Source: a virus. Taken from it: DNA of 64,000 nt. The stretch's first letter is position 1. Every line of letters starts with the position of its first letter. The stretch is from positions 1 to 64,000 of the IMG/VR virus record IMGVR_UViG_3300042314_001189. The stretch is one strand, 5' to 3'. Under the pieces are notes generated by a model. It did not search any database. It saw only the letters and a list, made by a program, of their open reading frames with translations, and was not told where the DNA came from. Shown here one piece after another: positions 16,087 through 25,397 of this stretch. Position numbers and translations under genes: made by a program.

Positions 16087-17523
16087 ATGAATAAAAAATT
16101 AATCATATCTGAAACTCAATACGAAAAGCTAAGATTCTTTATTCTTGAAACGTCATTTGATAAATTGGCAAAAAATGTCATCAAGGATGGTGACACTATC
16201 AAGATAAACGCTAACAATGAAGTTTTAAGTTTTAAAGTTATTGATAGTATAACTGGACAAGTTTATATGGAAAATATAGACAAGGGTACACCATACTTTG
16301 GAAAATTAGTATTCATTAGTTTTACATCATTTAATGATAGTAAATTAGATTTAAGAGTTGCTAATGATACACAAAAAACAGAAAAACCAATCAATTCTTC
16401 AAATTGGGCTAAATTAACATTAAAAAACATTGAAAAAATAGATGTCTATAGAGGTGATAATTTGATAGACTCAACATCTGATACTAAAACACAAGAACCA
16501 GAAGAGAAAAAAGATGATGCTGAACAAAACCTATCTGATGAAGCAATCGACAATATTAACGATTTAATGAGATTGATGTTGGATGGACTTGATGATGGTA
16601 AAGGGTTAACACTCGTAATGTCAAACAACGAACAAGTAAAATTATGTTGTCAATCAGCATCAAATGGTACTTTTATTTTAGAACCTATTGGTGAATCATC
16701 GATAGAATTATTATCAAAATTTGATAGTATAACTATCAAAATAATACCAGTTGATGATGAAGATGTTGATACTGATTTGCTAACAGCAAACAAAGAACTT
16801 TGGTCAACAACAGATAATGGTCAAACTGTTAATATAGTTGTGGAAGGGCGTTCTGGTGATAAAACAGAAACTTTTAAAATAACTGGTGTTTCAGATTTAA
16901 AAATTACCCAAACATGTTCTTCTGAGCTAGATAATGATGATGAAGAGGGTGAAGATTATGACGCTGAAAAAGTTTTAAAAATGGTCTTATCGGACCCAGA
17001 CTTAAAAGCGGCTTTTTATAAACAACCAACATTTTGGCAAGCATTTAAAGCTGAGTTAACTGGAAAAGAAGCGACTGGTAAGGGTATTATACCAACATTA
17101 GATTTAATCGCTAGATATATGGATAAAAAATTAACCGATAAATTAGGTGATGGTTTTAAGAAAAAAGGTAGTGTATCATTTATACCTTTAGAGTCTGTAT
17201 CGATTCCATATACAAATAAAAAAGGTGGTAGAGAATACTTTGAACTTAAAAAAGACATTAAGTATGAAGGTGAATTTGCGGTAATAGTTAAAGGGTTTTC
17301 TTATGAAGATGTTGAAAACCGTGATTACCAAGTTTTAGAAAATTTATCAAAAGGTTTTAGAATAATTGTTAAAGAAAAAACAGAAACACCTAACGTGTTT
17401 ATCTGTGATGTTGAAAAGCTTTATAGTGTTAAAAATGAACCTAAACGTGCCAAAGAAGAAGACGTTCAAATACGTTTGATGGATTCTAACGGTTATAAAT
17501 CAGACAAACAAGAAAAAAAGTAA
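16087..17523 (+). CDS. Hypothetical late protein with KKLIISETQY leader
   Basis: 478 aa acidic protein; N-terminus resembles that of the 10625 gene. Confidence 0.6.
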   Translation: MNKKLIISETQYEKLRFFILETSFDKLAKNVIKDGDTIKINANNEVLSFKVIDSITGQVYMENIDKGTPYFGKLVFISFTSFNDSKLDLRVANDTQKTEKPINSSNWAKLTLKNIEKIDVYRGDNLIDSTSDTKTQEPEEKKDDAEQNLSDEAIDNINDLMRLMLDGLDDGKGLTLVMSNNEQVKLCCQSASNGTFILEPIGESSIELLSKFDSITIKIIPVDDEDVDTDLLTANKELWSTTDNGQTVNIVVEGRSGDKTETFKITGVSDLKITQTCSSELDNDDEEGEDYDAEKVLKMVLSDPDLKAAFYKQPTFWQAFKAELTGKEATGKGIIPTLDLIARYMDKKLTDKLGDGFKKKGSVSFIPLESVSIPYTNKKGGREYFELKKDIKYEGEFAVIVKGFSYEDVENRDYQVLENLSKGFRIIVKEKTETPNVFICDVEKLYSVKNEPKRAKEEDVQIRLMDSNGYKSDKQEKK

Positions 17524-17529
17524 CATAGT

Positions 17530-20304
17530 ATGGCAAAAAGTAAAAAAGACGAAGCTGAAGAAGCGTTAAGGTTATTAAAAGAACAAGCTAGACTTCAAAA
17601 AGAGATTAGTACTAGTTATGATGCTTATATCGAAGGTGTTAAGAAGTACAAGGCTATTCAAGAAACTGTCAATAATAACATTGAAATAGAAAAAAAATTA
17701 CAAGACAATTTAGATAAGAATAGGTCTAAAATGTCAGCTGAAGAAATTAAGGCTGAAGAACTTAAACTTAAAATCTTAAAAGAACAAACTGAAGAGATGA
17801 AAAAACAAGGGCAGACTATGGAATCTGCTCTTAAATCAGTTAATGTTAAAAGTTTGGCTGGTGCTAAATTGTTGGCAAAATCAGCAAAAGGTTTAAGTGA
17901 TGCACTAGCTAGTTTACCAAACGTTGTTGAAAGGGCTTATGGTAAACTTAAAGGATTAGGGTTATTTGATTTGGATAAAGCGATGAAACAATCAGCTTTA
18001 TCTATGGGTGTTTTAAGCAAGGAAAGTGTTGGTTTTAGAAACAACATTAAAACTGTTGCTAAAGAAACTCAAATGATTGGTGTTGGTATTGAAAAACTAT
18101 CTCAGTTATCATCAGCATATAGTGATAATCTTGGTAGAAACGTAATGCTAAGCAAAGAGGGTCTTAAAGCCATGGGTGAAATGGTTGCGGCTACTCAATT
18201 GGGTGTTGAAGGTACTGCTCAAATGGCTGCCGATATGGAGCTTCAAGGTGTTTCAGCTGAAAAAACTGGTAAATTCATAGAGCAAACCATGAATGACTCC
18301 CATAGAATGGGGTTAAACGCTAGTAAGGTTCTAAAGAATATTACTGGTAACATGAAAATGTTAAACCGTTACAATTTTAAAGATGGTACAAAAGGTTTAG
18401 AAAAAATGGCTATGTTGGTTACAAAATTAGGTGTTGATATGGAGTTTGCGTCTGGTTTTGCTGATAAGCTTTGGGATGTTGAAGGTGCGGTTGATTTGTC
18501 AGCACAATTACAAGTTATGGGTGGCGCATGGGCAAACATGGCCGACCCATTCCATTTGATGTATATGGCACGTAACGATATGGAAGGGTTGACCGAGGAA
18601 ATTGGAAACGCAGCTGCTCAGTCTGTTAAATTTAATGAAAGGACTGGTGAATTTGATATGGCGGCAAAAGAAATGCACAAATTAAAAATTATTGCAGAAC
18701 AAACTGGTATGTCTTATGATGATTTGGTTACCGCTGGTAAAAATGCCAAAAAATTTAGTATGATTAAATCACAAATAAGATTTGATGTTGGTGGTGGTGA
18801 AGAAGGTAAGGCTTTGCAAGATTACTTGACAAACAAAGCTCTTTTCCAAGATGGTAAAGCGTATATTCAAGTAAAAGGTGAGAAAAAACTTATTAGTACA
18901 TTGACTGACCAAGATAAGAAAATCTTAAAAGCCGAAATGGAAGAAAAGAAAAGCATGAAAGAAAGAGCTGAAGAAGCTAGAACTTTTGATGAGGCACTTA
19001 CTAATTTGATTAACCAATTAAAAATTTATTTATTACCATTAATAGAAAAATTAAGCGACCCTAAAGATGGTTTAATTAAAAAGCTAGACACGTTAGCTGC
19101 TGATTTTAATAAACCTGGTGGTTGGGGTGATAAGATAGAATATTTTGCTGGTAAAATTGGTGAGTTTATAACAGCTGTTGGTGGTTGGATTATCGAACAC
19201 CCTAAATTAACCGCTGGATTATTATTGTTTAGTAAAGCCGTTCCTTTGGTTAGTGCAGCCTTTAAATTATTTGGTGGGGTTTGGGACACAATTAAATGGT
19301 TTAAAAACGGTGTTGCATTAGGTGAAGGGTTTAACACGGTTGCGTCTGCTGGTGGTGGCGGTGGCGGTGGCGGTGGTGACATAATGGATGAATTATCTGG
19401 TGGTAGAGGTAAAAGTAGAGGTTTTAATTTAAAAAGAACATTTCAAGCTTTTAAGAAAGGCGGTTTTAAAGGTGGTTTTAAGTCATTAGGTAGACAAGCA
19501 ATGAGTTATTTTAAACCAGCTGGTAAGACAGCTAGTGCTGCTGGTAAAACAGCTAAAGTTGCTGGTAAAACAGCTAGTTGGGGTAGTAAAGCAATGAATG
19601 TTGCTGGTAAAGGTTTGAATTTGGGTGGTAAAGTTGTTTCTAAATTTGCTAAGGTCTTAGCACCTTTAGAAGTTTTAAAAGACCAATTTGATTTCTTTAG
19701 TAGTAAAAGTATGAGAAAAACTGGTGCTGCTGGTTGGTTCGAATCGTTGGGTGGGTCTGGTATGAGTTTGATTGATTGGATTCCTGGTGTTAATCAGTTG
19801 ACGGAAGCCGTTGGTATTGGTGTTAATAATATGAACACCGATAACTTGGCAAATGCAAGAGCTGTTTACAGAAGCAAATACCCAAGCGCACCAACAATAT
19901 TACCAAACAAAGTGTTATTTAAAGACATTAGAAAAAATCCAAAAGATTACCCAGATGATGTTGTTGAAGATGCTGAAGACGTAACCGCTGAAGATTTGGA
20001 AGATGGTATTATTAGACCTGGACGTGGAAGACATGTTATTAAGAATGAATACGGTAAAACATGGATTACAAAAAGCGGTGACGGCCTTGCTGTATCACCA
20101 AACATAAGTCAAACTGGTGGTGGTGGAACAATGAGACATGAATTCGGTTCATTGAATATTTCTGGAAACATAACCGTTAATATTCCAGGAGCGTCATCAC
20201 TAACTGTTGAATTAACAAAAGATGAGACATTCCGTAGACACATTACAAGAATGGTACAAGAAGAAGCGGTAAAACAGTTGAATCAAGGTAAACCTAAACC
20301 ATAA
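17530..20304 (+). CDS. Tape measure protein
   Basis: 924 aa; helical, A/K/M/G-rich; hydrophobic segment and Gly run; position after chaperones and before baseplate genes. Confidence 0.8.
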   Translation: MAKSKKDEAEEALRLLKEQARLQKEISTSYDAYIEGVKKYKAIQETVNNNIEIEKKLQDNLDKNRSKMSAEEIKAEELKLKILKEQTEEMKKQGQTMESALKSVNVKSLAGAKLLAKSAKGLSDALASLPNVVERAYGKLKGLGLFDLDKAMKQSALSMGVLSKESVGFRNNIKTVAKETQMIGVGIEKLSQLSSAYSDNLGRNVMLSKEGLKAMGEMVAATQLGVEGTAQMAADMELQGVSAEKTGKFIEQTMNDSHRMGLNASKVLKNITGNMKMLNRYNFKDGTKGLEKMAMLVTKLGVDMEFASGFADKLWDVEGAVDLSAQLQVMGGAWANMADPFHLMYMARNDMEGLTEEIGNAAAQSVKFNERTGEFDMAAKEMHKLKIIAEQTGMSYDDLVTAGKNAKKFSMIKSQIRFDVGGGEEGKALQDYLTNKALFQDGKAYIQVKGEKKLISTLTDQDKKILKAEMEEKKSMKERAEEARTFDEALTNLINQLKIYLLPLIEKLSDPKDGLIKKLDTLAADFNKPGGWGDKIEYFAGKIGEFITAVGGWIIEHPKLTAGLLLFSKAVPLVSAAFKLFGGVWDTIKWFKNGVALGEGFNTVASAGGGGGGGGGDIMDELSGGRGKSRGFNLKRTFQAFKKGGFKGGFKSLGRQAMSYFKPAGKTASAAGKTAKVAGKTASWGSKAMNVAGKGLNLGGKVVSKFAKVLAPLEVLKDQFDFFSSKSMRKTGAAGWFESLGGSGMSLIDWIPGVNQLTEAVGIGVNNMNTDNLANARAVYRSKYPSAPTILPNKVLFKDIRKNPKDYPDDVVEDAEDVTAEDLEDGIIRPGRGRHVIKNEYGKTWITKSGDGLAVSPNISQTGGGGTMRHEFGSLNISGNITVNIPGASSLTVELTKDETFRRHITRMVQEEAVKQLNQGKPKP
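19351..19377 (+). repeat. Poly-Gly (GGY)9 run in tape measure
   Basis: ggtggtggcggtggcggtggcggtggt. Confidence 0.85.
19519..19644 (+). repeat. 21-nt / 7-aa degenerate tandem repeat in tape measure
   Basis: AGKTASA AGKTAKV AGKTASW GSKAMNV AGKGLNL GGKVVSK. Confidence 0.75.
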
Positions 20305-20359
20305 TATTAAGTTGATAATCAGATAATTAAAACTTTTTTAAAAAAAATTTGTTTAAAAA

Positions 20360-20391
20360 CTTGTTTTTGTGGTAAAAAAACTGTACATTTG
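20360..20391 (+). promoter_or_regulatory. Bacteroidota-type promoter with no downstream gene before the terminator
   Basis: CTTG-N20-TACATTTG. Confidence 0.6.
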
Positions 20392-20514
20392 CATTATTAT
20401 AAAATAATATAAATAATTATTAATAAATAAATTAAATACAAATATACTATGTTTTTAGGAAATATTGTATAAATATTAAAAATATTTTTTTCTTAAAAAC
20501 ATTAATTAAAATTT

Positions 20515-20539
20515 AAAGGCACTATCTGTGCCTTTTTTT
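20515..20539 (+). terminator. Intrinsic terminator
   Basis: AAAGGCAC-TATCT-GTGCCTTTTTTT. Confidence 0.85.
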
Positions 20540-20617
20540 ATTTATTGAAGTCGGTAATAACATTTATTTTATCAAAATTTATAGTACAATAGTATTTATA
20601 TATAAATCAATGTTATT

Positions 20618-23600
20618 ATGCCTATTTTTTATAATACAGCAGCACCAACACCGACAACTAAAAACACAATAAATAGTGTTACAGTTGGATATGGTATTCG
20701 TGACTTTTTATTAAACTTAAATTTACTACCAACGTCAATGGTACCAGCTGGGTACTCAACAAATACGGCAATAAACGGTAGTCCAAGAGTTGGTGAACCA
20801 GTTTTAAACCTTATGGTTAACTCTGGTGCTAATGTTGTTCCAAATGGTTTACCTTTAGAGACTGAAGGTATTCTTTGGAAGGAATTAATTATTGTTACAA
20901 ATAAATTCAAGAATACTGACTCAACAGCAAATAATTTAAAAAGTGTTGATTATGTTCAAGATATATCCAACACTGATTTTGGAAACGCTGAATGGCCACA
21001 AGGTATTCAACCATACCCAACTTTTGAAAATGCAGATGTTGAAGCGTATGGTATCAAAGGAAAAACAGCAGTTGCTGAATATAGAAAAAAGAATACTATA
21101 AAAAATTTATATTTAGATGCTTCAAAGCAAATAGATATGGCTTCTTTTATTGATTTACAACCTTTAGACATATCTCAACAAATAAAAGGTTATTTAGACA
21201 CATATGGTGGTTTAAATTTAGGTGGTAGTGGTGGTGTTCAAGCTGCAAATGTTATTGGTAGTATAGTAAACGGACAAGGGTTAGGTTTAGCAAAAGGTGG
21301 TGTGGTAACAAACTTTGATGTTAGGTCTTCATTGGCTGGTAGAGTGTTGGGAGCAACTGGTTTAATCAATGATACAAAATTAGGTTTGATTGGTGGTCAA
21401 CAATTAGCGTTGGCTTTAGCCAACAACGCAGCGTTTAATTTACAACAAGACATTTTAGGTGCGCTTAACATTCAAGATAACATATTAAGTTTAGTTAAAG
21501 GAGATGGTTTTGCTGCCTTTCCTAGACCTAACTATACTATTACAATACCAGAAGGTAAAACTGGTAGAATTTTAGATTATACGTCTAAAGTTTTAGGTTT
21601 TACAATACCTAGAAGTTATGTTACAGATGACGGTTCCTTATTTCAATCAGAAAGCGGTGCAGATACATCTAACGTTGATAGAGCAAACGCTTTAATTTTA
21701 ACAACTGGTAAAGGTCAAATACAAGCGTTATTAACAAATGTAAAAGCAAACCAAATAGGTACAAGCGCAGAAGGATACGATAGTCCAAAAAATTCACCAT
21801 TTAGAGTTGGTTATGCACCAGCATACGCTAATAACAAAGGTGAAGTTCAAATAACTGATGGTATTATTTATGCTTTTTATAAAGATGGTAAAACATTAAA
21901 CTTATTCAACAAAGAAGATGGTGTTATTTCTGATTTAACTTATTTGAGAGAAGATAAGGTTGATGGATATGGTTTTCAAAGTCCAGATGATTTTTTCCTT
22001 GAAACTTATCAAGGCAACGGGGTTTCGGATGAGAATAATATAAAAACACCAACATTTTCATGGTCAACAACAAAAGAAGGGTTAACAAATACTGAGTATG
22101 GGGCTACGTTTACCGCAAAAGTTATCCCACAAAGTGAAGAAACCAAGAAAAGTTTATTGGTTAAAACACAAAAACTTTTCAACAGTAAAGGTATGAAAAA
22201 TATCGTATCTAGAAAAGGTGAAATGTCTAAATTCTCAACACAAATACAAACAGCAAATGGATATGGTTTTTCAAAAGGTAATGCTGTTTTAAGCAAAGCT
22301 AGTTTTAATTTAGGGACTGGTAGAGTTGAGAGTTCTTTTAAAGAACCAGAAGATGCATATTGTAGAGCATGGACAACATATTCTAGATATGATACTATTG
22401 CTGGTGGACCAAATGAAGATAGAGCTGGTTTAGTTAGAAATGATGCGTTGTATTTAGGTACTGGTGAAAATTCTGTACCGTTTAGAAATATTGTACAAAA
22501 TTCGGTGTTGGAAGACACTGGTTTTGTTAAAATAGTTCCATATAGAACTGATTTTGATAAAGCTAAAGATGCTATTAGTGTTGATTCTAAAAGATATATG
22601 TTATCTATTGAAAATTTAGCGTGGCATGATAAAAGAGATATGTTACCTAAAGGAGAATTGGGTCCAGGTGATTTAATAACTGGTAAAAAAGGTAGAATCA
22701 TGTGGTTTCCACCTTATGATATTCAATTTAGCGAATCAACCAGTGTTGAATGGGAAACTAATAAATTTATTGGTAGAGGTGAACCAATATACACATACAA
22801 TAATACTGAAAGAACTGGTAACTTATCATTTAAGATAATTGTTGACCATTCAACATATACAAACACATTTAGAGACCCAAATGGTCCAGATGACCATTAT
22901 GTTGCTTCTTTTATGGCTGGTTGTATTGAACCAAGCAGTATTTGGACTGATAAATTTACTAGTTCTCAAAGTAGTCAAATTGTTAGTAAAGAAAACAGAA
23001 TACCACAAAAGAAACAAGACCCAAAAGAGCCGCCAATGCCAGAAGTTATGTTTGTTTATTTTGCAAACGATAACACTATTTTAATTAAAGGTTATGAAAA
23101 TGGTTTAAGCGGTTCAACTAGTGCAGACACAATAAACTATGAGGTTAACCCTAGTGGTGACGGTTTTGGTATTGGGGCGTACCCAGCTGGTCTTACAAAA
23201 GAATATTACGATAAAAAAATACCAAATTCAGCAACATCAACTTGGCCAGATACCAACAACTATGGATTAAACTATAGTAAAAATAGTAAATTAACTAAAG
23301 AATCAAAAGTTGGTGACGCTGTTTTTAGGGGTATTTACTCTCCAGGTTATTTTGATTCTTTAGCTCAATACCTTAAAACTGAGTGTAAGTTTTGTAACGC
23401 TACTGTTTCTGGTTACGCCAGTGGTCAAGGAACTGCTGAGGTCAATGAAAAATTATCTAAATTGAGGGCTGATGCTATTATTGAATTTTATATTAAAGAG
23501 TTAGTTGCTAGAGGTGTAGATTCAGAAGCTAACTTAACAAAAAGATTTAAAGTTGGTAAATTTATGGAGCTAGGTGCTGTAGGGTCCGCATACAATGTAG

Positions 23601-25069
23601 TATACGAAGGTAAAAAATATCCAGTTAAGAAAGCTGATAGTGGGTGTATTATTTGTGTAAATAAAGACAAAAAAACTGTAAAAGTTAGGAATATTATCTG
23701 TCCAGTTGACCAATTAGGATGTAAGCAAGATAGAAAAGCTGAAATTGTTTGGGCGTTTGATAAAGATGCTGCATTGGCCGCTGTTGAACAACCAGCGGAT
23801 AAAATTGAGATAACAAATGAAACAATAACAACAACAATAAAACAAAAATTCTATAATGAAACAATGTTTTTTGATAAGTTGTTAAAAACCGATTCATTTA
23901 TTTTTGATAAATTTAGAGAAAAGATAAAATATTTTCACCCAGCTTTTCACTCAACAACACCAGAAGGTTTAAACTCTAGATTGACATTTTTACAACAATG
24001 TACTAGACAAGGTTCTACCGATAATAAGAACACTAATAATTTAGCATTTGGTAGACCGCCAGTTTGTATTTTAAGAATCGGGGATTTTTACCACACTAAA
24101 ATTGTTATGGATAGTGTTAGTTTTGAGTACGAACCATTGGTTTGGGATTTAAACCCAGAAGGTATTGGTGTACAACCTATGATTGCTAATGTATCTATAT
24201 CATTCAAATTTTTAGGTGGTGAATCGATGTATGGTCCTTTGAACAAACTTCAAAATGCGTTATCATTTAACTATTTCGCAAACACGCAAGTTTATGAAGC
24301 TAGAGCTGATTATATTTCACAAGAAAGACAAACTAATACAACTGTTTCAGTTACAGACACACCAGGAAAAAAAGCAGAAGATGGCAGTAGTGAAAGATAT
24401 GATGTAACGGTTACAGCTCAAAGAATAAGTCCAACTGGTTTTTATTATAATAATGGTCGTGAAAGTATTGACCCAGAAATTAGCACTGTATCAACAACAG
24501 TAGCACCAGTGGCAAGCCCAGATAACCAAATAAAAGGAAATGAAAACGCAAACAGTGGAACAGCAAATCAGACTGAACCAGCAACAACTGGAACAACTGA
24601 ACCTAAACTAACTGGTATTAAATTTATTTCGGTTAACGAATCACAAACGCTTTTAAACAGTACTGGCATTAAAAATTCAATATTATTAAAAATGAATAGT
24701 GAAAACATTATAACTGGTGGTTTTATAGTAGAAAATATAGTAAAACCTTATGTTGAAAAAGGTATTAAAATAACTTTAAAGGGTATTGATTTACCTTCTT
24801 TAACTACTGGGTTAATTAAAAATGATTTTTATTATGAAGAAATTGTAAAATTTGAAGATGATGGTGACACATATAAAGGTATATCAGCATTGGTTAGTAA
24901 TGGTTACAAAATAGGTAAGTCTGATACTGATGATACACTATTGGATATACCAAATGGTTACTACACATTAAGCGTGTTAGAACAAACTAATATTGTAGCA
25001 AAAGCAGTAATAATAGTAGGTAAAACAGATGGGTATATATACCCACTTCCAACTCCTCTTTCAATATAA
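20618..25069 (+). CDS. Large baseplate tube-initiator-like protein with inserted OmpA-C-like domain
   Basis: WFPPYDIQFSESTSVEW...IGRGEPIYTYNNTERTGNLSF and FGRPPVCILRIGDFYHTKIV...IANVSISFKFLGG flank VYFAND...VSGYAS...NEKLSKLRADAI...DRKAEI. Confidence 0.65.
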   Translation: MPIFYNTAAPTPTTKNTINSVTVGYGIRDFLLNLNLLPTSMVPAGYSTNTAINGSPRVGEPVLNLMVNSGANVVPNGLPLETEGILWKELIIVTNKFKNTDSTANNLKSVDYVQDISNTDFGNAEWPQGIQPYPTFENADVEAYGIKGKTAVAEYRKKNTIKNLYLDASKQIDMASFIDLQPLDISQQIKGYLDTYGGLNLGGSGGVQAANVIGSIVNGQGLGLAKGGVVTNFDVRSSLAGRVLGATGLINDTKLGLIGGQQLALALANNAAFNLQQDILGALNIQDNILSLVKGDGFAAFPRPNYTITIPEGKTGRILDYTSKVLGFTIPRSYVTDDGSLFQSESGADTSNVDRANALILTTGKGQIQALLTNVKANQIGTSAEGYDSPKNSPFRVGYAPAYANNKGEVQITDGIIYAFYKDGKTLNLFNKEDGVISDLTYLREDKVDGYGFQSPDDFFLETYQGNGVSDENNIKTPTFSWSTTKEGLTNTEYGATFTAKVIPQSEETKKSLLVKTQKLFNSKGMKNIVSRKGEMSKFSTQIQTANGYGFSKGNAVLSKASFNLGTGRVESSFKEPEDAYCRAWTTYSRYDTIAGGPNEDRAGLVRNDALYLGTGENSVPFRNIVQNSVLEDTGFVKIVPYRTDFDKAKDAISVDSKRYMLSIENLAWHDKRDMLPKGELGPGDLITGKKGRIMWFPPYDIQFSESTSVEWETNKFIGRGEPIYTYNNTERTGNLSFKIIVDHSTYTNTFRDPNGPDDHYVASFMAGCIEPSSIWTDKFTSSQSSQIVSKENRIPQKKQDPKEPPMPEVMFVYFANDNTILIKGYENGLSGSTSADTINYEVNPSGDGFGIGAYPAGLTKEYYDKKIPNSATSTWPDTNNYGLNYSKNSKLTKESKVGDAVFRGIYSPGYFDSLAQYLKTECKFCNATVSGYASGQGTAEVNEKLSKLRADAIIEFYIKELVARGVDSEANLTKRFKVGKFMELGAVGSAYNVVYEGKKYPVKKADSGCIICVNKDKKTVKVRNIICPVDQLGCKQDRKAEIVWAFDKDAALAAVEQPADKIEITNETITTTIKQKFYNETMFFDKLLKTDSFIFDKFREKIKYFHPAFHSTTPEGLNSRLTFLQQCTRQGSTDNKNTNNLAFGRPPVCILRIGDFYHTKIVMDSVSFEYEPLVWDLNPEGIGVQPMIANVSISFKFLGGESMYGPLNKLQNALSFNYFANTQVYEARADYISQERQTNTTVSVTDTPGKKAEDGSSERYDVTVTAQRISPTGFYYNNGRESIDPEISTVSTTVAPVASPDNQIKGNENANSGTANQTEPATTGTTEPKLTGIKFISVNESQTLLNSTGIKNSILLKMNSENIITGGFIVENIVKPYVEKGIKITLKGIDLPSLTTGLIKNDFYYEEIVKFEDDGDTYKGISALVSNGYKIGKSDTDDTLLDIPNGYYTLSVLEQTNIVAKAVIIVGKTDGYIYPLPTPLSI

Positions 25070-25076
25070 ATAAATT

Positions 25077-25397
25077 ATGGCAAATTACGTAGATAGATAT
25101 TCAAGCTTTAGAGTTAATTCTGGAATGAAACCACTTCCAGGAATTGTAATACCACAAGCTGACAGCGATTTAACTTATGTTTACAAACAAGGTGTCACTA
25201 GACTTGACAAATTAAGCAACATGTATTATAATAATGCATGGAGTGGATGGATGATTATGGCTGCAAATCCACAATTTGGTGGGTTAGAGTTTAACATACC
25301 AGACATGACATTAATTATAATACCGTACCCTTTTGATAGTGCGGTTAATAGATACACAACAGAAGTGAGAAACAACAAATTATTATATGGCGAGTAA
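25077..25397 (+). CDS. LysM-like baseplate wedge protein (gp53 / P2 gpX-like)
   Basis: YVYKQGVTRLDKLSNMYY...WMIMAANP...IPDMTLIIIP. Confidence 0.75.
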   Translation: MANYVDRYSSFRVNSGMKPLPGIVIPQADSDLTYVYKQGVTRLDKLSNMYYNNAWSGWMIMAANPQFGGLEFNIPDMTLIIIPYPFDSAVNRYTTEVRNNKLLYGE

